Positions 10,401 to 25,600 of a stretch of DNA of 64,000 nucleotides are shown in pieces (the first letter of the stretch is position 1; the number at the start of each line of letters is the position of its first letter). The stretch lies in NCBI GenBank assembly GCA_965637545.1, contig OZ281499.1, positions 6,076,001 to 6,140,000 on the forward strand, in the 5' to 3' direction. The notes beneath the pieces are model-generated. The model did no database searches and had not been told where the DNA came from. It saw only the letters and a program-made list of their open reading frames with translations. The translations under genes were made by a program, and so were the position numbers. This DNA comes from Phallusia mammillata (Eukaryota).

Positions 10401-13400
10401 TGTACATGGCAAAAACGCTTAACAAAGCATCTACATTTTATCCCCCGTGATTTTAATCACTATCGACACTAAACGCTGACGAGAAAAAGTTACACGCGAC
10501 GCTAACGAGTTCACGCATCCATACAACACTTTTAGTGGACACAATTCCACCATCTGACTCCCACTGTGGTCCAGGCATCACATACTTATCGTGGATGACG
10601 CGAAATACCGCTAAATTTAACCGACCGGCAAAGTGTTTCAACGCCTAAATCTGGGCGGTGCGAACACGGCTTTGAGCCAGTCGACTCAAATCACCTGTCA
10701 AACTTAATTTCAAAACCAACTCGCCACACTTGCCACCCTGCAGCGCCGGGCCTAATGTGTGGAAAAGAGACAGTAAACACATTCGCGTTGGCAATGTGTG
10801 GTCCTCAGAGAGTGAGCCTTCTTAAACAACAAAAAAATTTACACGCTTAATCTCTTTTTGCCCTGGCCTATCAAGAGGTGTCCTGTTAACAGGCGTGGAA
10901 ATCGTTCCCTGGTTTTCTTGGCCTTGGTATTTCCATCAAAACTTTGCCAAATTGGGGCAGCGTAACACATTTACACACTTAATGTTTTACATAAGCTTTG
11001 TGCAACAGGAAGACAGTCTGCGATCCTGCTATGGGCAAGGTTACTCCAGATAACCCACAGTTATGTGTGAATGTTCGATTTGTTTGCAGTTTGTAATTCT
11101 TACCCCTCTTTGTTGGTTGCAAACAGCAACATTTTTGATGGATATTTGTATGTTTGAATTGTTTCGACTGCGAAAACTCCAATTCAGTAACTTTTTGTTT
11201 TTAAAATTGAATAGTGCTTTATTGTTCCTTGCTTTTGGAAAAAAGAAACACGTTTATTGCTTGCTTATTTTTGGATGTGGTGTAAAAAGCTTACAAACGT
11301 GTTCAACGTAAGTATGTCTGTTTAAATTTTTTTAAAACATTTGAAATCAACTTTAACCAAACCAATAGAGCTCCAATTTAAAACAAAAACTTTCAACAAA
11401 ACTGTTCAAACATTGTTGTTCCGTGTAAAACATTGTTCTAGCGTGAGAGCCACTTGTAACTTTGCCACATCGGTTTACCACTTCCCTTAAGCAATCGTAG
11501 TCGTCCGTTTCGACGCAGCGATCAGCGGCTGTAGACAAACCTGTGTATTCCGCCATTTTGTTTGCAGGTCGTGCAGAGAGCGGCGACAAACGGTTTACAA
11601 TGCTCGATTAGGTCGTCACAGTTGCACAACAATAGCAGGGCAAATTTGCGGAAACGGATTATGACCCATGTGAGGCCGCTGTTCTGACTCTCTGATCTCT
11701 TCAGTTGTGATGTCACTTTCCAAGGCTTGTGTCGTCACAGATTATAACGCGGTTTATGTTTTATTTTTTGTGACATATTTGCGAAATTGAAATAACTGAT
11801 TTAAAGCAACCACCTTATAAATCTAAATGTGTTGATGACTTGCTATTTTTAGTGAGCTACTATCACAAAACAACTGCCTAAGGAACTGCAGTTGGATACT
11901 AACTTTTTTAGACGCGGATTGATATATTATTCATGTGGTTTTAGCCTATTAGGGTGCTGTCAAACATTACTAATAGAGAAACATGTTCTGGGTTGCCATG
12001 CTGCGCGTTTATGCCGCAGGCTGGACTTGATTGAATGCTGCAATTTCTTCGTTCGATCCAAATTTATAGCATACTGTAACGACTGCTCTCGCGCGCCACG
12101 TAGCGACCAAAATGTAAAATGCGGTAAAGGTCATTAAAAATGCATTTGCAAAAGTTGAAAATGATGTTTAAGATAGTTTAGACCGTGAAAAATTGGTTTA
12201 CCATTGCGATATGCTTGTTATCGAACAGTTCCTGGCAGAAATGTGTGCACCGTTTTGGGGTCACTGATCACTATCAACAGGCCGTGTTGCTATTTTAAAT
12301 TCACATTAGCTGTGGCTAGCATTGTAATTTTTTTATTCAAACCTCAGTGTATTTAACTCCATGTTTTGGTCATATTTTAAGATAGTTTAAACGTGTAAAG
12401 TGTCAACTTTGTTGCGTTACCCTAAAGAGTTTCAATGTACCAAATGTAGACACAAATTTAGCACATTCATCAACACTGTCAGACAACTACTAAATGCCGC
12501 ATAGCAGACTGTTTCAGTGTTTTCCCAACTCGGCGAAATCAAAATCAGCCGTACGTTTACCCAACAAGCAGAGAGCAGATCTAAAGCGTGTGTTTATGAA
12601 TCGGCGCAACATCTTCAGGCTAATCTCTAGTTTTGCTTAGCAGAGTTGTGGATTGTTTAAATCGCTTTCAGAGATTACAAAATCACGCATATCCGTGTGT
12701 CATAGGGCAGCACAAAAATGTTTTATATCTTGTGGTAGGATTGTTTTGATGTTTGAAATAATAAAACCGAAAAGTAAAACCCTTACAGTCAACTGTTCCA
12801 ACAGCTACTTATGTATCGTATTTTGCAACAATTATTTAATCAAAGTTGTACACAGATAATTGTATTTATAGACCTTACCTAAGCTGACAAACATAGATGT
12901 TTAATGTGGTAAATAATTCTGATTGCAAAAACTTGTATATTTTTTTTTGTAACTTGTATATAGAATATTTTATTAATCAATATTAAATGTGTTGTTTTGA
13001 ATGCAAATACTTGGCTTAATGTCGGAGCAAAACAGCCCGGTTTTCAACTGCATGCTACTTTGTACACCTTAACACTAGTCAGGTGGACTTCACTAACCTT
13101 GTTGTTGTTGTTTTTGTGTGGAGCAAGGCGAAGTCGTTATCGGTTCCCTGCAGCAAATCACGTAGATGACTCATAGACTTCTGTCGTGCGGTTGTAACGC
13201 AACATTTGCAAAACGATGTGGTCGATAAGTTTACCTAATTTGCTTTGAGCGTGGTGTAAGTTGGGAGATTTGATTTAAGCGAACTTGTTATTGTAGCATA
13301 GTTCATTGGAGTGGCTTAAACAATTTACAAACTCATGCAAAGAAATTTGGTGTTGTATGCCTAAGAAGTATGCTTTTTAAACATTACAAAGTATGCGCAT

Positions 13401-16400
13401 TAGAAGGTATTGTATGTCAAACAACGTATGTCTGGACAATGGTACCAAGCAATTTCACAACTTTAAGAAGCTCAGATTTTAAAACCGTGATAATGAAGGA
13501 ATTTAACTTAATTATTGTGGTATATTTTGTTGGTTTTAATAAGGTTTAAATAAATGACCCAGTGTACACTTTGAAAAATGCATTGTATTAAATTAAAGAC
13601 GACTGTAAACACTTCATTCACCATAGGAGCAGGTCGTTTGCACGAACATACACAAATCTCTGGTCCTTCTCCCTAGTAATCTCGCAATGTGTCTGCAAGT
13701 TAATCCCTCATATCTGGAAGTCCCATTTCGTCAGATAGTCCGTCTGTGGCTCTTGTGTTTTAAGGCCCAGACACGAGTGCATGGACAATTTGCTCCCCTC
13801 ATGCGGTATACCACCAGATTTGCCCTTCTCGTTTAGATCAAGGTCTAGAATTTTCTAGAGATACTCTGGTGCAGATAAGGCGAAAACCACACATATTTTT
13901 TAACGATATTTGATATTGGTAGATGTACAAGAATTTTTTAAAACTAAGAAAACATAAATTTGACAATACACTTTATCAAAACAAAACCCTCAAAAACTAA
14001 ATTTTAAATTTAGTGAGCTAAAATCATTTCTTTATTTTGTTTATTTGTGTATCCGGTTTTGAAGAAACAGTGTCCTTTGCATGCATTTATTGAAAAAAGA
14101 AAGGTTGGACAAGGGTTGCATTTTATTTAAAGACAGTGTTATTGATGAAACTTCTTTTTGTTTCCTTTGTAAACACGTGACCTAAAAATTGACATTTTAA
14201 ATATTGTATTTCGTTTGTTAAACTTGTAAGCATATTTAGTTGTACTAGACACGGACTCGAAAAGTAGCTGAACAAATCCAAAACTGCCACAGAGCTTGTG
14301 TACAGTAAATACATTGTAACAAAAACTTTGTATCAGCCGGCGTTGTTATTATCCGGGTTTATAAATATCGGGAAATATCTTCTGGTAAATCGGATTGTAA
14401 TCGATTTTTTCAAGCAAATCGTTATCAGCAGCAATTGTCAAAGCTTTTTTAAGAATAATATAAAGCCATCGTGGAATGATCATTCCGCTAGGTGACACTA
14501 AATTTAAATGCGATCAAATATCATTTTTTTCATGAACAACAAAATCTGTGCATATAGTTTGTCGATTTTCAAAACACTAAACAGCCTAAAGTAAACAATA
14601 TTAGTCACTTTCGATTACTGCAAATATTGTCGGAGATGTGCCAGCAAAATCTGTCTCCGTTTATTCAAAGTGTCAAACTGTCATTTGATGCTTAGCACTA
14701 CTCACAAACTGGCAATTGTTAGTGTCAGTTTATGGCGTATTAATCGACTCAATGCAGCATTAAAGCTGTCTCATCGGCTAAGTTATATGTTGTGTCTGTT
14801 GTTATAACAACGGATTTGCAGTTAGACGGTAAAATTGCATCTTCTGGCGACCTTAGGCAATATTTAGTTTCTAAAGTTTACCGTCAGCAATCGTTGATCT
14901 GTTCACGGATTTTGGCCGACTTTTATTGTGATTTTGTAAACTTGGAAACAAATCCATAGCGTTGTGTGGTAAACTCTGTTAATCTACGACAAATCACCTA
15001 CAGCGTGGTGCTCTGACTCACTTAATGTCTTTGTGGTCTGTGATTAATTGCCCGGCTTAGTTAATATTCTCTTTGAAGGCCGTTTTTACTCGTGTGTTAT
15101 TTGAACCTCAGCTTAAATTTGCTTAAACGATTGGTTGTTTGGTATTTATTTGTAATACTTTACAAAATGTTATGATATGATACAAAATGTTATGATATTC
15201 ATCGTACAACAACCAGAATCAATAAACACGGTTCGTATCAGTAAATAAAATGTTGTTTTTGATTGTCTTGGCTTAAAACGATTGTCTTGTTGTGATTAAA
15301 TTATTATGTTGTTGTTTTTAATATTTTTGGCAATTGTTATCAACCAGATAAAATAAACTTTGTTTACCTAAAATTTCCTTGTTATAAATAACGAGTCATT
15401 CTTGCATTGTGTAATTCATACAGTTCGACTTTAATTGTCGACTTTTTTCTGTGTTAACCTGACACACCTAAATTGTAAATTACATATTCACAAGAAAGAA
15501 TAAGCTACGTATATTCGGTTACGATTAGATAAAGTCAAAAAAAAAATATTCTGTGCTAAATTGTTCTGTAGTTGTTTAGTTTCCACAACATTTTTTTCGC
15601 ATTTCAATCCCTTTTTTTCTTCCATAAGGGTTCTTACATGCCTTTCTCGTGCATTTTTTACAACCACTCAGCTGTAGATAAAGGCAAATTGGTGTGAACG
15701 TATATTTGCAAAGCACTTAAGCAAACGTCCCATCGGATGCAAATCCTACTAACAAACCACGATGATTTTTTTGTTTGCGAGTCAATTAAACGACCGCTGA
15801 AATATTGATGTAATAATCCCTGTACCTTACTGCGGTGGATCTGTCCTTCTAAATTTTGTTTGCATGCAATCAAAAAATAACATATGCAGCTATTGTTACA
15901 GTAATCCTTTCTTTAAAACACTTTAAGTATTTATTGTTTGCATGTGTGAAAATTTTCCGTGCTTAAAGTTGAACAAGATTACTGTAATGTGCGCCTAATA
16001 CATCGTAATTCTTAGCAATTATCATGAATAAGATTGTAGGTTTGCAAACTACATGTAAATGGGGCAGACTGTGGCAGATTAGAAACAACGACCAAAGACT
16101 TAATAATTTAATTTTCTGTTTCTTGCAAATAGACCATCAGGTTTAATATGGAACTTTATGACATTTTAGGGTTATTCCCAACTGCTTTTGTTGGATTAGC
16201 TTTTAATTAATATCTTTTTAGAAGCTTTTAGCATCTTGTAACTTCTAAGCTATTGCAATCCTGCCTTTATTGGTTGAACAATATCTCAACAAATGAATAG
16301 TTGAAACGGCGGTAAAACAATGCATTTGCCAGAACAGCATTATTTAGTTTAAATATCTGATAAGTTTATGCGGTTTTCCTGTTATTTTATCAAAGGTCAG

Positions 16401-16603
16401 TTTGCTTCTAAGTTTTCGTGTCTGTGTATGGTTACCTTTTGTGCAGAATTGTTTATGAATTTTTATGTTTGAATTGATACTGGTAGAAAACAACAAATTG
16501 TCTGGTTTTGCTAAGTATACAATGATCTATTCACATGTGTGCGAATGGTTCATTCATATTTGCCTAAACGGTATTTGTATTGCTGTCCTGTATTGTCCAC
16601 CAG

Positions 16604-16639
16604 GTGGCGACTTGGAGGTCACCAGAACGCAGATGTTTG
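16604..16639 (+). CDS. Candidate 36-nt cassette exon (G)GDLEVTRTQMF
   Basis: Acceptor ctgtattgtccaccag, donor tg|gtaaga, phase 1-1, no stop. Overlaps a CTCF-like motif. Confidence 0.3.
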
Positions 16640-19600
16640 GTAAGAACAAATGTTTAACTTCTAATTTTATTGACAGAATGAAAATCACAGAAACAATTTC
16701 TAAATAAATTGAACATACGGTTGACACAAGTTGCTGATAAAAGGTATTTGATGCAAGTTCTTTTCAGAACACGCATAATTTTTTACAAGCTTATAGGCTG
16801 TTAAGTCAATGTGACTTTGTCTTTCCTGTTTTTTTCTCAAAACAGCATTGTGTGGCCTAGGGTAAAATGATGAAATATGTTTTAATTTTTTACCAATAGA
16901 AAGTAATGCAACAAGTACAATGAGTTTTCAAAGGGCACTAGTGACCAAATTCGACAAATTTTAATGGTTATAATATTTAACCAAAAAAATCAAGTTATCA
17001 ATCCTGCTATACAATAAACACACACAAAAAAAAACAAAATAAAACACCTTTAGGCTCAACGTCCAACATTCACCACATCAACCTGGGGTGACGTAAGCAC
17101 CTAGTAATGTCGCAGTATTTCGTCGCGATCACTCATCGCTTTCAGTTGCTCCCTGTGGGGCTTTTCAATTCACCACCAGGTCCTTGGGGCTCGTTTCAAG
17201 GGTGCCAAGTAAAGCGGCGATATTAAGTCTCGTAGCTGTCAACTCCTAGCCAAATTTGTTACATTTTTTCGGACTCGCCCCATTGTGGGTGTCCAGTGTT
17301 GACGTGTGACGTTGTCACTGTGTCCCATCAGCGTTCTGTGTTTTGGTGTGTGAGGTCTTTGAGTTTTGTTTGTAATTTGTTTCACTGCTGAGACAGGTGG
17401 AAAGGAGGGACGGTTTAAATTTAATTAGTTTTTGGATTCTTTATCCATTACCAACAAAAATCTTTGAATACAAAAACATCCTTTGGGGTAACAGGGATGC
17501 TTAACAAGGATATTTTTGGGCCAGAAACCGAAAAATTTTGTCAAATTTCAAATACCTTTACAGACCAAAATTTATTTCAAATGTTTAAACTTAACAGCAA
17601 TTTTATCTTTGACATGTCCAAAATAAGCTTATTTCTATGAAATGCTTTCAAAACGTGAATGTTTTTGAATTACTAAACCTTTAGATTTTTTAACACAACG
17701 TTTTGAAGTGAGCCTCTTATTTGAAATACTCTGATTTAAAATATTTTTGCAGTTGTAAAAAGTTGATGATCAGTACAGAACAATACATAATGGTTGATTT
17801 CATTCCTATTTTATGCACTTTATTATTTTTGCTTAAATTTAGCGCGAAATACCGTTACATGTGAATTTCTGCTTCTGGTCATTTGTAAGCATGAATGTGC
17901 TTTCTGAGTAAACATGTCAAGAAATAGCAAAAAAGGAAATTCGTTGGGTTTACAATGCACCGTTCGACGTATTCTAGGCAAGGAAATACAGGCCCATGTT
18001 TGCGTACGTTGTGGGCAATGCCTCAGGTACACCCGCCTGTTCAGTTTGCTTGCGTTGTTATCGCAGCTTAATTGCATGTACCTTTAACGTTTTGTAGCCT
18101 TTTTTCTGTTTTGCATTACCATTCTTTTTGTTGGCTTCATTTTGCCTGACAATGACAGCAGTTAGTGTCAAATTTTAAAGCGGCGTTATTGACAAAAAGA
18201 TAAAAAAATATTATTTATCTGTTGTCATGGATTTCAGAACATTACACCGATGTCTATTTAACTAGTAAGTCATTTTGCGTTTTGTTTTTTGTTCCATTTC
18301 ATAAAGAAGTGGCTCAAAAACTTATGACACATCTACCTTGCTTTAGGCCATCGGCAACTATTGTTGTTTGATCAATATTTAATATGGTATGTTTTGTGGT
18401 TAGGTGGCGCTGTGGTGTTTCGCTATAAATCAAATAATGGTAAACTTAAGTTTTACATAAGACCTTATATTTATACTCACATAATAAAAAAATGTGTTTT
18501 ACCACCAGCATGAAATGTAGTTTCAGATAAACATTTATTCAAATCATATTGATATCATTTTTTGTGAACATCGCAATTCGTAAGTATTGATTTTTAAGTG
18601 CTTCTGTAAATTTTGGAAACTTACAAAACACCCTTAAATATCTTCAGTTAAGCCTAAATTTGAAACTCATTGCTGGCACAATCATAAACCTGTGAAAGCC
18701 ACTAAATAATATTTTCTCAAACTGTCCTATCGCGACATCTCGTGGCCACTTTCGCATGTTTTTCAAGGATCAGTTTCAAGCACAGGGAGTTTGCGTGGAC
18801 ACAGTTTAAAAGAGCTGTTTCTTTGTTGGGCCAAGTGCCATTGAAAGGAAGCCTTAAAATGCGTTGTTTAGCGGAGTGGATAACAACGCAAAGAGGCAAG
18901 ACCGTGGTGTTATTTTAATCCGTAGGCTCAGCGTCGATTGTTTAGTGCTCGTCCTAACCTGTCTCCCTTAATCCGTGGCACAGGGGCTTTGCGGACGCCC
19001 AGAAAACTTATACTTACTGTGGCCTGAGAAAACAAGCGATTGTATTGCGGGCGAAGAATGAATAAATGAATGACTCTCATAGTTGTAAAGGCTCATAAAG
19101 TTTGAGCACACTGCCGAAATCATGTTTTGTTTTCTGACCTACAAAGATTTTTAGCACTCAATTAAAAAATTCCAGTCAATTATATAATTTATTGATTGTG
19201 CTACTTTTACAATTTTTCTGGTTTGTTAGTTAAAACCTGCGGAAAATGCAACTGCAGAAACTACAACAATCTAACTATCAAACAAACAGCAGTTTTTTAA
19301 TAATTATTTACATGTACATAATTTCTTGGAAACCGAAATCTATGTTAGACGCTCAGCGATAAATTTCAAAGTACATATTTTTAAACTTTATTACCAAACT
19401 GGCTCAATATAGGCGGCGAATTGATATTACCACTATTTCCAATAAACTGTAACCACATTAAAACCCACCAAGTGTTACTATTATTCTTTAAACCGAGTAG
19501 GGAACAACAAGCACGGTGGCCAAGGGTTAGTCTGCGTACAAAGCGTCCGAGGTTGTACTTTAGCCTCCAAGGCAATCTAATTGCATGTGTGTGGTTTTTA

Positions 19601-22600
19601 TATTGACGGCCCACTGTCATCTACCAATCCACAGCATTTTTTTTGCGGCTGACTGAAATCCTTTAAGGTGTCTAGGCTTGGCTGGGATCAACCGTAACTG
19701 CTAGCAAGTGCTCCCTTGGGGAAGTGGTATTGAGTAGAGCGGCTTTACTTTCAGCGCCAGGGCAATTTGCTTTGAATGTTGAGTGGCGTTCGATATTGTT
19801 TCATGTCGCAGCACCAACTGGCTGCAGTGTTAATTGCTTTTTTTCACATGACGCACGAATCTCCATGTTAAGATGCCCCATTGGCTATTCTTGGCCACGA
19901 TTTCGTAACTGTCCAACAGTGACATTTTTGGAGGTTATATGACTGACATAAGTTTCGATTAACAAAACTTTTGGACAAAACCTTTCTGTTGCACCAAGCA
20001 AAGTTTTTGTAGTTTAACATCAGCGTGATTCACAAAATAAAACCCAGATAACATGATTTAATAAAAAAAAGTAATATTCATTGTGTAACGAATTCACTCT
20101 GGACGTAAAGTGTTGTGTTGTCGATGTAAAGTGTTGTCTTTGTTTGTGTCCACTAAATTTTGATTTGTAACCTACATAAGAACCATGCCGTTTGGTGCCC
20201 CACCATGAACTAGATACCTGTAAAAAAATGTTCATGTTGTTTCAGGGGCTAGGGTCTGGGTGCCCCACAGACCCTAGGGTCAGTCTCTGTGTTGTAACCC
20301 ACCACAGGCTTTTATGTTTAATGTCCACTGCTTCATTCCTCATCTTGACTTTCAAACGTTACTCAATGTTGAACCGAAAACAACCACGTCGAGACCTCAA
20401 AAACTAGCTTCTTTACATTTTAATAAATCCGGTACCACGCAGTTTTTCTCTTTTTCTCGGTGTTTGCTTCCAAATCGGGGTTCGGGTCGTGTGCCGTCGA
20501 CCCCGCACCGGATTAATTGATCTTTGAGACCTGGCTGAGACAAATCCCATCAGTCATCCCTCTCACGGCCCCTGCTTTTCAATTCCCGCTATTTGTTCAG
20601 TAATCAGGCTCCAAGGCAAAAACACACGTATGATCAAAAAGAATGCAAGTGCGGAATCAGTCGCTACCGATACCGATTACTCATTGATGTTGTTAGGTGT
20701 AAAAAAGGTCCAAATACGACAAACACAAAATGCGCTATTTTTTAACATCCTTATTAGGAACCTTTCGTAACGTTCGTAAAAGATTTTGAAATGAAGCTCC
20801 GCCTATAGTAAAATTGTGTAAGATTTTTAAAATTACTTGTATTTATTATCCGAAAAATATTTTTCAAACAAAGCGTTTTTTTTTTTAAATAAAAACAGGA
20901 TTTATACGATTATAATGCTTATTCCTTGATGATTTTAACCTTTTATTGGTCTGTTTCTTGATCAAAGTCTAAAATGGCATTCTTTTCAATTTTTGGGTCA
21001 CGCTAGATCCACTTTGAACCGAATCAAAATACCGCAACTTCAATCTGACGTCACTGCACATACGCCCAAGTATCAATACGATCCCACCAACCTCGTTTCA
21101 ATCAACGTCGTGCAACCAAACACACTTGCAACCGAACGCATCTCGTGCTATTTTCCTTTTATGAGCCGCATAAAGACAGCACTTGCAGCTTCTAAAGTTT
21201 TGTTTGCAAAGATGCCGGTTTCCGGTGGGACACCCGCAAAACAGTCGACAAGTACTCGTCCATCTATGTCAAAGGCCCCATCGTACCCAGCAAACTCAAT
21301 ACATTACCCCTTGCACACAAACCCGCTTTGATTAATGTAGCAACTTGACCAAATTCCAGGGTAAACCTTCATCAAAGCGCCTGTGTTGTTTGCTAAGGAA
21401 TAACTTTTCATCCATTTTGCCGGGAAGGTGTTAAACCTGGTATTTGCATTCCGGTCTACCAATCTATCAGCGCGTATTGCTTTGTCGTGTATGAATGGTA
21501 AGATGGGCTGTTATGTGCGTCAGGCAATTCGAGTCACAAAGCTTTGTAGTTTGCGTAATTAATGTTCACTTGATGTGTCTATAGGCATTTTACGGCGGAT
21601 TTATTTTAAAAAAGTTTCGCACTCAAACGTTTGAAAGGCATTTTGTGTATCGGTGCGCTATAAGAAAAGCTGTAAATAGATATAAAATAAATAGACATAC
21701 ACTCGCATATATAGTGTTAACATTAAAAATTGACAACCCCTAATTATTAATTTTATGAATCAATTATTTACTGCTTTAAAAATGTCATTAATTTACTTTC
21801 CTTATTTTTTAGACTTCAACAACGTCAAGAGAGACATCTATTTTCACACAGCAATGCTGACAAGCTATCATCTTTTGCTAACATGTCGCAATTAGGTAAG
21901 AGATGACAGGGTTATTTTACACACCACATTACGCAGTATACCCATTAAACGTTGCTGGAATATAAAAACTATATTAGTGCATTAACAGTTACAAAACCTG
22001 TTGTTCGCTTCTGCAAAAATGCCACAATTAGGTAAAAAAATCATATTTACACACTAGGGACATTTTACACACTATATTACATAATGTTGCAGCACGCACT
22101 GCTAATTAGTAGCAGATAAAGTTGCTGTGATATAAACCCACAATATTTGCAATATACAATATTACTGTATAAATGTTACGAAACGAAACCTTTACATTAA
22201 AAAAAGCAGTTTTGACAGCTGGGACTGCACACTGCAAGTCCGTATTCTATTGCTCCCATGCAAATCCTAATTTATTTGCACAGTTCATTATTTATACTCC
22301 GCAAAGCCTAATCCCCTTCGACCAACACCAAAAATTGGCTTTTGCTGAGTCCCAAAGCACGCGAAACGACCCAACATGAAGTGGAAATTCTGATCCAGGT
22401 CCACGCGGGCGGCGGCGATTCGACCGGACCCCGTTTTCTGGTCCTGCGCGCCGGCTATTTTCACAGCAACCGCCCCGTGACTGTGCAAACACGCCCCCGC
22501 CTTGCTTGGGTGAAAACCGAACGCTGGAGCCTTCAGCACCGGCCAATATCACTCGATTTTACATCCAACAGTCGCATGTCCACCTTTCAAACCATGCCGA

Positions 22601-25600
22601 TTTGAAAGACAACAACCAAAATCTTTCAGCAAGCCTTTACAAATGGATGTTTAAATTGCGTCTAAATTGTCCTGAATTGCTACATATGCATCTTCTGTGC
22701 TTCAATGTGAGCAAACAACCGCTGTTTACCCTTCCCCGTGCAATCACTCGTATCTGTGCCAACAGTGAGATACGGAAACGTAACGTTGCGATCATCCAGT
22801 GTACGTGAAATCATCGTGCGAGCTCGGGATGTATTTATTTACACGAAGTCGAAGGTCAAGAACGACTCACTCCATAGGCACGAACATTGAGGACTGGTGA
22901 AAAGCTGGATTAGGAGTCTTGCTTCTTCGAGGTGTGGCCCACTCATTTGTGGCTAGAAATGCGCTAAAACTTTCGAGTTCCTAATGCACGAAATGCGTTA
23001 AGAACGCCGGGTTGTAAAGCCGTCCTAAATGAAAGCGATTGTAGCCCGAGAGTGGCTTAACATACTGGTGGGATGGTTTCTTAAAATAGTTTGTCTAAAC
23101 TTGCGTTCTAAAACGCTATAAAATTTTCATTCCTAGCAACCAAACAATCATTGGTTTGTCCTCTTGTATAACACCTATTTAAAAATTATACAAAGTTACA
23201 ATTCCAGTGGTTTTGAGGTCAGGATTCTACCGTAATGTATTAATGTATTTTAAAACTAAAGAAGGTCTTAATATCAATGTAGCGCACATTTTTATTTTTG
23301 CCTTGGTTGAATCGATTCGAAAATTGGTGTTAGGAATTTTACGAAATGACCCGGTTGCATAACTTCAATCATTTGCGAAGCGTTATGAGAAACAAACTAT
23401 CAAGGTGAAAAATGGTCTCATAGGTGAAAAATGGTCTGATAAATTTTGCAAAATCAGGGTTGCAATAAATTCGATAGCGATAGATGAGTATCGCAATCGA
23501 AGGTGCTATCTGTATCAATTTCAGTCACCGATAATCGATTTGGCAATCATCACCTCAAATCAATCATATTCCACGTTCTGCCAAGAATAACCATAAAATA
23601 TGTTAACCTAAAAGCTCCGCTGTTATGCTGGAGAAAGGAGTGCAAGAAAAAAAAAACATTGGGTGGACAAGATTTGATGAAAGTTGATCTTGTGTCGTTA
23701 GAATCTTGTTCCATTTATCTTCTTAACAACTCCAAAAGTGTGATGTTTCACTGATACAGCATTGGGGCGTATTTTATCCCAATTATCGGTCCAATATAGC
23801 TTCGCTTATGTAAGAGCTTCCATATAAAGCATGTGCAGCTCTGCTTGGAAGAAATATTGTGTATGACCACCTTTTTCAGCCGTCCCTCTTAAAAAAGGCC
23901 ACCTCTTAACTGGCAATACAAACGAGTTAAGTAAATCAAACTAGCTTACGTAATACTGGTCAAAGCGTTTAAACTTTAACTTTAAAACTTTAAAGAAAGG
24001 GTTTACACAAATGAGCTTAATATACCATTTTGTTTTTGTGTAGAAATTGCACTTCATAGAAAATGTGTTCAGTAAGATACAATCTTACAAACAAATTAAC
24101 ACCACAGGCATACGTCAGACCACACACACACACACACCAGCTAACGACTTACCACCATCAAAAAGGATCAGACAGTACCGCCCTTTCACACAGCACGTAA
24201 TTGCGTTGAGCCAGAAATATCTCAGCAACCTTTCGTAACCTTGCCATCTTGTCTTTAAAACGCGATAGCATCCTTGGTGTTGATTTGTTCGTTGCGCGCC
24301 ATTTGCCAAACCTCAAAACAGAACCTGGCCAAAACAAACCGCGGTATTGTCCATTAAGGCCAACAGTGGTCACTCAATCGGTTTGTTTGTCCAGCACTGT
24401 CCACCCACAAAGCGCATCACATCTCGTGTCTGTCTGCACCCTTTAGCGCCTCCAAACGACCGACCGCATCGGTTTCAGTGACGTATATGATGGATGGCGC
24501 ACGTCGTCAAACCCAACAGGTATGCCTTGTTTTTACTGGTAAACAGTGCACTGGGGCCAAGGCAACGTTGAACGAAAGATCTTGGTTCAAGTTCGACTCT
24601 CTCAGCCCGGTGTAATTTGAGCGGGCGTTTCCACACGGCTGGTCTAACCAAATCAAGGCGCTTTGAAAACATGCGCAGCCTTATCGACTCCCAGGGCGCG
24701 GACCTTGTTTGTTCTGTGACGAAACAATGGCCATTCTTCGACGTGAGCTCGCTCGGGTCTGGGACCAGGCCAAGATCGTTCTAGCTCATTAATCCGGGCT
24801 AGCGAATTAGGGGAAGGCATACATTAGCCGTTGAACTTCTAGTTGACGTTTGGTGATCTGGTTGCAAAAGTCATACCCGGAAACCACGCTAGCTCCACTT
24901 TCTACGGAAAGAAAGTCGGAAGAATCCATTGTCGAATTAGCTTGCTCGGTTTGGTGTTTGTCAGTAGAAAATAGCTGCATCTTAATTGCCTGTAAAGTGC
25001 TTTGCTGGGCAGGTATCCGTGTTGACGGCAGCAAAGGTAAGCGCCGCCGCTTTGCTGTGGCAGTACTGATGATGAATTGCCTGACCATTACTTTCTTGCC
25101 TTGATGTGGTCGACCCACGCATGGGGTGTTGATGAATGTTTGTCGGTGGAAACAATGTCCGATTACTTTGTTCTGTCGCATTCCCAGAGGTAAAAAAAAC
25201 CATGTGCTACACACGTTTTGATGGCTACTATTGTTGATTCGGTAAATTTTTCAAATGTAAACGTGACTTCTACACGTCCACGTTTGTGCAATTCGAAGAC
25301 AAGTTGAGACAAGTGCATGTTAACTAATGTATTCATTTAAACGTTAGAATTGAAGCACTATTTCTAAAGTATTTAATTGTAATTCGGGCACATCAGTATT
25401 TTATTTGGTGATTTTAACGACATGCCAAAATTATCACAAATAATGATTTTATACCCGATCTTAGACAAGTATGGTTTGGACATGTTCTTAATTTTGCAAA
25501 CACAAATCAAGTGTTGATATAAATCTACTTTTATTAAAAAAATATTCATCTTCAAAGTCAATCTGGAAAAAAAATTAAACCATTCTAAAACTGAAGCAAT

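Noticed and set aside
19018-19023. Minus-strand 6-nt microexon-like pattern ttgttttctcag|gccaca|gtaagt
   Set aside because: No minus-strand host gene and no supporting splicing-factor motifs; a few such patterns are expected by chance.
3015-19633. Further FoxH1-type 8-mers (3015, 4808, 11542, 12647, 19626), some next to AGAC/GTCT
   Set aside because: About 9 in the window versus roughly 6-7 expected from composition; not enriched.
20249-20277. 10-bp perfect hairpin ctagggtctg/cagaccctag
   Set aside because: Too short to exceed chance; no TSD or second copy.
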